A stretch of DNA of 57,553 nt, from assembly GCA_002269645.1 (NCBI GenBank), contig NIVC01004157.1:1-57553 (forward strand). Reading direction: 5' to 3'. The notes below the pieces were generated by a model, which saw nothing but the letters and a program-made list of their open reading frames with translations, was not told where the DNA came from and did no database searches. Positions 27,978-38,700 of this stretch are shown piece after piece. Position numbers and translations under genes: made by a program. The stretch is from Macrostomum lignano (lineage: Eukaryota). The number at the start of each line of letters is the position of its first letter. The first letter of the stretch is position 1.

Positions 27978-30900
27978 ATGGAGACTAAAATTGCAGAGGC
28001 CCTGCAGAACGAAGACAGCGAGAGGCTGCAGCAGCTGTGCCGGCAGCTTGACAGGTGAGAGACTGCAGTCAGGCGTCAGCTGAAACTTATTATAGCATTT
28101 CCCGCTCAGGTTAGGAGCCTTTAATTTGATCGCAGATAGGAAATTCAAGCTTGAAAGTCGACAAAAAATTTAGTCTATGGTCGAAACCCATGCCAATGTA
28201 ATCTGCGCTGTCATAAACTCGGCGACACGGGTTGAGAACGAGGATGCGCAGAGTTGTGTTAGAGGAGGAGGTGAGTCCTCAGCACTCCACCAGCTCAGCT
28301 GTCAGTTCAGGTTGCATGACAGGAGCTCAGATGTCTTTAATAAACGACTCATCGCCACTCATTTGCTCGTGCCAAAGTCCTGCACACGCCCTGAGTCGAT
28401 TAAAAACTTTGTCTATGTCTAAAACTCCTTACGTGATCAAGATCAGTCAGTGGCAAAAACGCTTTGCTCTTAGTGATTGAACTCGCCCTCCGATGACCGA
28501 ATTGCTGGCTTGATGGCATGGGTTTCGGCCATAGACTAAAGTTTTTCAACTTTCAGGCTAATCAGCTTTTAGCCTTTTAACTTTCAGCTTTTCTCTATTA
28601 TTAGAGGCTAACAAACCATGCCCAATCGATTTGGACAATCGGTTTCCCCCTGTTTGATTAAAATCAAATTAAAAATTGCCATCTGGATGGCAAAAGTCTG
28701 CATTCAATCGCGAAATGCAACGCTGCGCACTGGCAACCATATTGGGCCATAAAATACAGCAAGCAACTCAAGGAAGCGATTGTAAAGCTAGCTATAAGGC
28801 CAGGTACGACAAAGCAGGTACTGCAACGCGCAGCCAGTGTACACTGAGCATTTGTATGCAGCTCTAGTGGCCACTCCTGCGTGAAAAGCGGTGCACTCTT
28901 ATTGACAAGTAGGGCAATACGCGCGGCGCCCTGAGGCAGAGTCTGAGTAGTCCCTCTGCCCCGAGTTAGGGCAGCCACCCCCCTCTTAGCCTGCATTTCA
29001 AAGCTATTTTCCAAGAGAGCTTCGCGGCGAGTTTCGAATTTCGAATTTCGTCAGCGGGTGCTCTGCTTTTAACCGCGAGAAGAAAAATGCTAATGAAGCT
29101 TTTGGAAGAACTCTAAAAATATCGAAAAATGAGTCTGAAACTCACCCCCGAAATCTGACATCCGAAAACATTAGGTATAAAAGTCTAACACTGGTTATCC
29201 CACACTGGTTATCCCACACTGGTTATCACACAATGGTTATCCCACACTGGTTATCCCACACTGGTTATCCCACACTGGTTATCTCACAATGGTTATCCCA
29301 CACTGGTTATCCCACACTGGTTATTCCACACTGGTTATCCCACACTGGTTATCCCACACTGGTTATCACACAATGGTTATCCCACACTGGTTATCCCACA
29401 ATGGTTATCCCACACTGGTTATCCCACACTGGTTATCCCTCACTGACAATCCCACACCATCTCCTTTGCATCCAGCAACCCGACGGTAACTCTCGAAGGC
29501 TTCGACGCGGACGCGGAGCCGCCGGCGCAGTCGGTGGCGCACCAGCTGGCCTGCCGGTCGCGCAGCGCCAAGGCGCTCTCGGCGCTGCTCCGCCAGGTCG
29601 GGCCGGGCTGTCTGGCCAGCAGGAACGCCTGTGGCGACACGCCGCTGCACTGCGCCGCCCGGTACCAGACCGACGCCTGGCTGCAGCTCATCTGCGACCG
29701 GCTCCAGCTCGATGACGTCGACTTCGACGTCGCCGCCGCCTTCCGCCAGCCCGGCCGGTCGAGGCGAACCCCGGCGCACAGCGCGGCGCAAAACCGGCGG
29801 AGCAACTCGGCGCTACGGTGGCTGGTGCGGCACTGCGGCAGCGGCTGCCTCGCCGACACTGACGAGTTTGGCTTCACCGCGGTGCACCTGGCCGCCTGGC
29901 ACCAGGGCGTCAACTCAATGGAGCTGCTCAGAGATGTTCTGGGAGGCACCGCCTGCTTTCTGCAGCAGGGCCGTTGCGGCCGGACCGCCGTGCACTGCGC
30001 CGCCGTCAACCCGGTAGCTGCTGGGGCCTTGCGGGGAGCGGGTTGCCATGGATACGGCCTCTGATTAGTGCTTGTGGCGCATACTGATAGTCATAAAGGA
30101 TTGCTAATCTAGCCTATCATGGATGCAGGAATAGAATGGATTGCTAATCTAGCCTATCATGGATGCAGGAATAGAATGGATTGCTAATCTAGCCTATCAT
30201 GGGTGCAGGAATAGAATGGATTGCTAATCCAGCCTATCATGGATGCAGGAATAGAATGGATTGCTAATCTAGCCTATCATGGATGCAGGAATAGAATGTA
30301 TTGCTAATCTAGCCTATCATGGGTGCAGGAATAGAATGGATTGCTAATCTAGCCTATCATGGGTGCAGGAATAGAATGGATTGCTAATCTAGCCTATCAT
30401 GGGTGCAGGAATAGAATGGATTGCTAATCTAGCCTATCATGGGTGCAGGAATAGAATGGATTGCTAATCTAGCCTATCATGGGTGCAGGAATAGAATGGA
30501 TTGCTAATCTAGCCTATCATGGGTGCAGGAATAGAATGGATTGCTAATCTAGCCTATCATGGATGCATGAATAGAATGGATTGCTAATCTAGCCTATCAT
30601 GGGTGCAGGAATAGAATGGATTGCTAATCTAGCCTATCATGGGTGCAGGAATAGAATGGATTGCTAATCTAGCCTACCGACATCTGCAGAATGGCAACTC
30701 TACCCTGAAGTGGCTGATCAAGGAATGCGGCCGGGCCTGCCTGGAGATCGAGGACAGCTACGGCGACACGGTGCTGCACTTGGCCGCGAGGCACCAGCCG
30801 GGCACCGAGGCCATGCGGCTGGCCCAGCGGGAACTCGGAACTGCCGGCAGCTTTGCCTGCTTCCGGCGCAGGGGCCGCTGGAAGCGGACGGTGGTCCACT

Positions 30901-31847
30901 CGGCGGCCACGAATCCCAAGGACAACTTGGCGCTGAAGTGGCTGGCCAGGCAGAGCGGCCGAGACTGCCTCGCCGCTGTCGACAAGTTTGGCAACTCGCC
31001 GGTGCACCTGGCCGCCTGGAAGCAAGGCACCGACTCCATGGAGCTGATGACGCGGAGTTTGGGACCCGACTGCTTCCTCCAGCAGGACCAGTGGGACCGC
31101 ACGGCGGTGCACTGGGCCGCCATGAACCGCGGCGGGAACTCCGTCCTCAGGTGGCTGGTGGCGCAGCTCGGGCCGGACTGCCTGAAGCAGCCGAACAGCT
31201 TCGGGAACACCCCGGTGCACCTGGCCGCCTGGAAGCAGGGCGCCGACTCCATGGAGCTGATGAAGAACGAGCTGGGATCCGAGTGTTTCTCCTGGCTTGG
31301 CCAGTGCGGCCGCTCCGTGGTGCACAAGGCGGCTCTCAACCAGGCCAGCTGCGAGGCACTCAAGTGGCTGGTGGAGCAGCTCGGCAGCGACCGCCTCAGG
31401 GAGAAGGACAACCAGGGAAACAGCGCCGCGCACCTCGCCGCCTGGAAGCAGGGCGAAGAATCGCTAAGCTTCATCGTCGACAAGATCGGCACGAAGATGT
31501 TCAAGGAGCGCGGCAACTTCGACTGGACGGCGGCGCACATGGCGGCACAGAACAGCGGCTCCGCCCTCGCCTGGTGCATCAACGAGCTCGGGCCCGACTG
31601 CCTAAAGGCGAAGGACTTGCGAGGTCGAACCCCGGCCCACCTGGCTGCCCGGCATTTGGGCGCGGCCTCGCTGAGCCTCATCAAGGACAGCCTGGGCGCG
31701 GCCGCGTTCGACAACCTCAAGGACTTTGATGGCCGGACGGTGGCGGACTACGCGGCTGAGAGCGGTGATGAGGCAGAGTGGATGCTGGGCTGGATCGTGG
31801 AGCAGCAGGAGGAGGAGGAGCAGACTCGAAAGTCGCATTCCGAGTGA
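27978..31847 (+). CDS. Ankyrin-repeat protein, ~590 aa. Exons 27978-28054, 29476-30013, 30690-31847.
   Basis: Many ankyrin cores (GDTPLHCAA, GNSPVHLAAW, GNTPVHLAAW, GRTPAHLAA). Junctions AG|GTGAG..CCAG|C (phase 2) and CCG|GTAG..GCAG|AAT (phase 0) restore repeat spacing. Total 1773 nt. Confidence 0.88.
28148..28559. repeat. Inverted repeat pair (27-bp core, 1 mismatch, 28169-28195 / 28514-28540) in ankyrin intron 1
   Basis: TTTAGTCTATGGTCGAAACCCATGCCA vs (rc) TTTAGTCTATGGCCGAAACCCATGCCA. No TSD found. Confidence 0.6.
29187..29445. repeat. 14-bp minisatellite (CACACTGGTTATCC) ending just before the exon 2 acceptor
   Basis: Visible tandem units. Confidence 0.93.
30098..30676. repeat. 40-bp minisatellite (GGATTGCTAATCTAGCCTATCATGGGTGCAGGAATAGAAT), ~14 copies
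   Basis: Visible tandem units filling ankyrin intron 2. Confidence 0.95.
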
Positions 31848-32482
31848 ACAAGGCGACAGGCAGTCTTGCCATTGAGGCATTTGAGAGCACAGAACTCAAA
31901 ACTTCCGCCTCAACCGATGCGATCAATGCAACACTTGAAGGTCAATGTCGACAAGACGCCATTAAAAAGCAACAGCAAAAGCAGACGAAAAAGCAGATCT
32001 TCCATTTTAAAAAATTCATCCCAAAACTGAGCAGCAGCCCCTGCCAAACTTTTTATTGATGCGTGTTTTTTTAGCCAGCAAAAATAATTGTAAAAAAATA
32101 TGTTTATACTAAGCAAATGCCAATTTGCAGGAATTGGTGCGCAGCAACACCTGGGGAAATAACATTCTTGCTGGGAGACATTTTAGCTAATAAAATAAAC
32201 CAATTGTGACTGAAGAATTAAATGACAAAATGCCAAAAAATGATAAAATTTTAAACGACTGTCCGAACTCAACAGAGCCTGCAGTACACAGTATTTACAC
32301 TGGCATATAGCTAATAGGAGTACAGATTTGTTGCCAGAACTTATGCCTTGAATAATCAGTTAATAATTACCTATGGCTGCCGATAGAAATGCACCTGTGA
32401 TTTTGTTAAGAAGCTTGCATGCTATAGCTAGTAGACTTTAGTACTAATTCGTAAATAACTAGATAAATATACACAAACGGGC

Positions 32483-32715
<233 letters not shown>

Positions 32716-32736
32716 ACAGACAGCAGTCCAAGGCTG

Positions 32737-35700
32737 TCACTCGCTCTCGCTGTCACTAAAAACCGCTGTTCTCCTCCTGGCGGCAGCCGCTGCTCGCCGT
32801 TTGCTGCCGCCGCGTGCGGCGCCCGACGGTCCGGCGCCATCAGCTGCCGGAGCGGCCGCAGCAGCAGCAGCCGCGTTGGCGCCACTGGCCGCCGCGCTGG
32901 ACCGCTTGCGCCGGTGGTGCGCCTTCTTGGCGGCCTTCTCGGCGGCTTTCTCGGCCCGCTCCATGGCCTCCTCGTTGTCCACCTGCTTGAGGTGAAACTC
33001 CTCGATCTTGGCGTTCAGCTCAGCCAGGCAGCCGGCGAGGTCGCCAGGGCCTCCGCCGGCGGCAGCGGCTGCGGCAGCGGCGGCGGGGCCCTGAGGCGCG
33101 GCCCGGCCGGCGTTGGCGGCGATGGCCTTGAAGCAGTTGTACACCTCGGTCTCGTGCAGCTTGTCAGCCAGAGTGCAGATGTGCTCCAGCAGCTTGCGCA
33201 GCATCCGCTCGCTGTAGGTCATCAGGTTCAGGCAGTAGGCGAAGTCGCGCCACTGCCGGGGCTGCTCGGCGCTGCGCAGGCGGATGCACAGCTTCTCCAC
33301 CAGCTGCTCGCAGTGGCGGTCGCCCCGGATCAGGGGGAACAGGAAGTCGCAGATTTCCTGCGCGGGTTCCACCCCTAGGGACCCAAAATGGACAAATAAT
33401 GCATTTTCAGAATCTAATGACAAAATAGTGCATTCTTGGTGCATTATATGTACGTGCATTTTTAATGCATTTTTAGTAAAAGTTCTATCTACACTATTTA
33501 ACAAAATAAGCATGAATTTAGTTCAAGATTGGCTTTATTGCGCATCTGTGTATTTATAAATTATACTTCCGTTGCTAACTTTGAAGAACAAATAATAAAA
33601 CGTGGTGCGATAAAAATGCATTATTTTCTGTAACAATTATCAAATTACAAATGCATTTTTTATATCCAGCCGTAGCGAATTAGACCATCACAAATTGAAA
33701 TTAAAATGGCGGTCTAATTGCGTGCTGGATTATTTTGTTGCTCGAAGCGAAATTCGTAATTAAATTTCTATTTCAGGTTCTTATCTAGCAAACAAACTTA
33801 CATTCGTACGCAAAAATTGGGTCGCTTTTGTTATTTCTCTATAACATAGCTTGTTCAATCGATTTTGATTGTCGAAATAAAAGCTTTGTTTTCTTCACTA
33901 TTTTATGACATCCTCTCAACAATTTAATTGCATTAATCAATCTGGTGTGACAATTATTCCAATTTCTAATTATTCCAATTCAGTTAATATATTATTATTA
34001 TAGGTTTGAATTTATTGACTTCAGACACTAAGAGTTGGTGGATCTTGAATGGATCTTGCGGCTGGTTCAAGTAGGCGCTCTTCGAATAGAGTAGTGAAAC
34101 CAGTGCAACGATTGGCAAATTCTGCTGCGTCATTTTATGATTCGAAGTACCTACTATTCTTCATTCGAAAGACAAGAACTTATCATAACTTTTCCCGTGG
34201 CAGTCTTGCACTTAGCCATAATGAGCCTGATGTGAAATTCATTTTTGTAAGTAATTTTTTGCTTACTTACTAGGCCCAGGCCTAATCCTAGTAATTGTTA
34301 CAAATGCTATTGCATATTGTATACAAAATTCTGCAGGATTTGAAAAAATAAATAAATTGCTTGAGTGCATATGGCTTAAAATGAATGTAGTTTTGTGTGC
34401 CTAACTATCAAATATCTATTAACTCCTACAAATATATTTATTAGGGCCTAAAGTTAAATGAAGCTAAATAGTTTTTTATATTGTTTTACTAGTAGGCTGG
34501 GCTTCTATAGCCATATGCCTAGTTTAGGCCATGTAGGGAGTAGGCCCTGATGCCCAACTATAGAACTAGTTAGGTATTTTTTAGTGAATTAGGCTTATTC
34601 TAAGATTTCATCTTTTTATAGTTTTAGTAATACTAGGCCAAGGCTGTTTAATTTGCAAAAGACTACTTTTTAGTGCTTGAAATAGGCTGTTTAGTTGCTA
34701 TCAATGTTAGAGTATGATTAGCTAACTCATGCATAAAGAACTATGGTTGGTTTGGCTAGCTTTCCTTTCTTTTCTATATGTTCTCTATTCTAAGTATAGA
34801 GAGAATATATTGGGCTGTTAGGAAAATTCTGTCCGTTTTGACTAAAATATGTTGGAGCGAGTTTTTATAGGAATGCAGCAGTGTTACTCAGTAAAATAAT
34901 TGCCATCGCAATCGATGACCCTCTGCCAACGAGAGGGCAGACTTTGGATGCCAGCTCTGTAGAAATCCTTGGGCTGTGATTCAAAAAAGTTAGTAATGCA
35001 GTCCTTGACCCCTTTGTCATCTTCAAACGTTTTCTCTTTCAGATGATGGTGCAGCGCTCGAAAAAGATGGTAGTCTGTAGGGGCCAGATCGGGGCTGTAC
35101 GGTGGGTGGGGCAGCACTTCCCAGCCCAGATCCAGCAGCTTTTGTCGGGTCAAATTGGCGGTGTGCGGCCGAGCGTTGTCATGAAGGAAGCGAACATGCT
35201 GACGCCCTGGACGCTGTGTGCGGAGGCAGTCGGCCACATTCTGCAGCTGGTTACAGTAGAGCTCGGCGGTGATGCTGGTGTTGGGCGGCAGCAGCTCGAA
35301 GTATACAACTCCTTCACTGTCCTACCAACAGCAGAGCATCACCTTCTTAGGGTGCAGTGGGGCCTTTGGCTCTGGCTGTGGCGGTTTGCCGGCATCAACC
35401 CACTGGCGCTTGCGGTGTATATTAACGTACATCACCCACTTCTCATCGCCAGTGAGTATTGAGGCCAGCCAGTCTGTTGTTCTCTTGTAGGAGAGCAGTG
35501 AGGTGCAAATGTCTGCTCGGCTTTGACGGTCCCTGTCAGTCAGGTCATGGGGGGTCCACTGTCCGAGCTTGCTTTTCTTGCCCATGGCAGCCAGGTGTTC
35601 AGCGACTTGCACATGGGAGCACCCAAGAGTGGCTGCCAGCTCTCGTGTAGTCTGGTGCGGATTGGCCTCCACAAGTGTCCGCAGCAGCTCAGTGTCTATC

Positions 35701-38700
35701 TCAGATGGGCGTCCAGGGCGAGGTTCGTCAGCAAGGCTGTAGTCGCCGCTGCGAAAGCGATCAAACCAACGACGGGCTGTGCGGTCAGAGACAGCATCCT
35801 GGCCAAATGCACTGCACAGGCGTCGAGTCGATTCGGCTGCTGTAATACCTGCTAGAAAATCATATAGCATGCACTGCCTTAGAGCGATGCTGTTTAATTC
35901 AAAATTTCTGGCCATAATTGGGCGCTGAAAAGCAAATGACTTGGTTAGAATGACCACAACTCTGGCTGTATATGCATACACAAGTATTGGATCCAACACA
36001 GCTTCATGATCCTCTGCATAGAAAAATAAAAAACGGACAGAACTTTCCTAACAACCCAATAGAATTTTGGCCATTTTTAAATGTCTTATTGTCTATTTTT
36101 TTAATATATATTTTGTATAATGTATTCATTTTCAAACTTGACTGCCTTCATTGATTTTTATAACATTTTATATAGTGGTCTCAGTATGTTTATATATCTA
36201 TTTATCTATGAGCTATTTTATTCCTATGCTAAGCCTAAGGTGTTCAATTCATAGGAAGGTCTATTTGCTGATAAGGTAGGCCCTATATTCTATCCAATAG
36301 CAAGTTTACTATTTGAACTATTGTCCAGTGCTTTAGTTTTCTATTTTAATATTTCTTATACTTTTAGTTTTCCTAGTATTTTAATAGGCTATATTTGCCA
36401 ACTCTATTAAGCTATCTAAAGTTTTATTTTAGTTAAGTTTGTCTATTTTTCCAATGGATTTATTCTCTTTAGCTTGTCTATCTTTCTAAAGGACTCTTTT
36501 GTTTAGTTTGTCTAACTTTCTAATAGGCTATATCTATTTTGTTAACTATTCTAAAAAGAATTTTCTATTTAGTTTGTTTATAATTCTTAATTAAAAAATT
36601 AATTTGGTCTAATATTAGCTCAAAATCTAATAATGAATCACATTTTTATTTTAGGGTGAGGACTACCCACTTGCTCTCAAGGATGGCATTTTCAATGGCA
36701 TGTTCATTGCAGCTGAACCATGGTCAAAAATGATCTACCTTGAGAAGGAGCTTGATGCATTCATAACTGAAAACAAGGAGAACTCCGAGCTCTCTGATCA
36801 TGTCCAGTCTCATATGAAAGTCTTCATGAGACAACAAGAAGACTCAAGTGATGAAGATGCAGGTGATATTGACGATTCGGATGATGATGAGACCTGGCAG
36901 CCTACTCCGCCTCCTACTCAGGTTTCTTTTGTAAGCCCAAGTCCAGTTTCGACACCTACAGCTGCTCATTCTCGTGCTAGGAAGCAATCTCAAGGCAGTC
37001 TAGCAAACAAGCGGCCAAGGACAGCTGGTACTCATGTTGAAGACAGACACCAAAATTCTGAGGCATCATTGGCTTTAATTGCAAGTGAGGAACAGCGTGC
37101 CTTACCACCGGAACTACTTCCTCAAGTTCTTCAGGCTCATGAATCAGCAAAGGCAGCAAGTGCAAACGATCCCACAAATTCCAAGCCTCTCACACTGGCT
37201 GAATTTCAGGAAGGAATGGGTAAGGTTTAATTATTTCTTTCTTGTGCTTTTGTTTTTATGCTTTATTCTCATTATCTCAGTGTAATACAACTTTTTTACT
37301 CACAAATCCTGCATTTCGTGCTGCTTATGTAATCACTATCAGTATAGTACAAATGTGAAACACCAAATGTTTCAGACAGTTTGAAGCGGTTCATCGCTCA
37401 CAAACTGAGGAAGATTCGCACTTCATCATCCAGCTTGCATCAAATGGTATCAGCTGATTTCCTTAAGGAGGTAGGTTTCTCAGTTTCTGTGCAAATTAAT
37501 TTACTTTCTTTACTAACCATTTACTATAAAATTATTATATGCTTTACTTTGCCATTTTACTTTACTGTTTTTCTTATTTTTCGCTCTTCTTCATGTGGCT
37601 TGACGTTTTCACATTTCACTGACATTTATCATGACATAATCCAAACAATCGGTCCTGAGTACCAATTTTCTTTGTACTTTTTCGTAGGAATTTGAAGGCC
37701 ACGATGGGCGAGTTTGCAATTTCTCAGATCTGCCTCGTACAACGACGTCGAAGTTCATCAGGGCATATGCTTCTGCGAGGTATGGCGTCGAGTATGTGCA
37801 ATCGCATGTTTTCGGAGAGTACAAAGGCACGACACAAAGGCCAAAGGCTCCAGGAGAAGTGCAAGACCATCTTAAGAGTAAGCGATACAATTTCTTTGCA
37901 ACTGAATGTTTTTTGGCAACTGACTTAGTATTGTGGGCATTAGATGGATGCAGGTCATTCTATATAGTCTTTTAAAGCTAAAAATTCAAACTGGCTCACT
38001 GTAGCCATTCCATTGTTGGAAAATGTTTGTGTGAATTTGCTGCTACTATAAAATCTTTCTTAAAAAAAACTAGGCATTCTGAACAAGGCCTTCAATATCC
38101 CGAGGGATCAAACGGTTTCTGCGTGGACAGCCGTCAAAGACTCTCTGAATCGACTTGGTCCAGAGTCAACCTTCCGCAAGCGAAAGGCCGGTGATTAGAC
38201 TGACGGCTAAACGTGTGTCGCAATATTTTAACTGAAGATGCAATCACCCAACTGCCATTCGACATGTAACAAACTATAACGTTTTTGAACTGAATCGATC
38301 CCTATTTTACGTTATCTGCGCTAAAGTCAAACTCTTACTCTGTAGTGTTTTTTTAATATAAAATGAAGCGACTACCTTAATTATTTTTTTAGAATAATAA
38401 CTGTTGCGTTTGAAAAGTGTTGGCACTCTTTGTATGGGTAGTTAGGATACCCTTAATGATTTCCGTAGTCGTTCAAAATGTATATATGTGGAAGAATCTA
38501 AACTCCTTCAACTTTAACGCCACCGAGCTAATTTATTCCACTTCATTTCATATTTATCGATAGATGATGGTGCACATTCTTATTTCGATGGCACGGGTAC
38601 GTAATTTTCTCCAAACTTTTCAGTCTATCCTAACACTCGTAGAACTGAAGTTGAAATTATGAGTTCGTCGTCGGAAAGTCTGTCCTCTGGGTCGTCGGAA

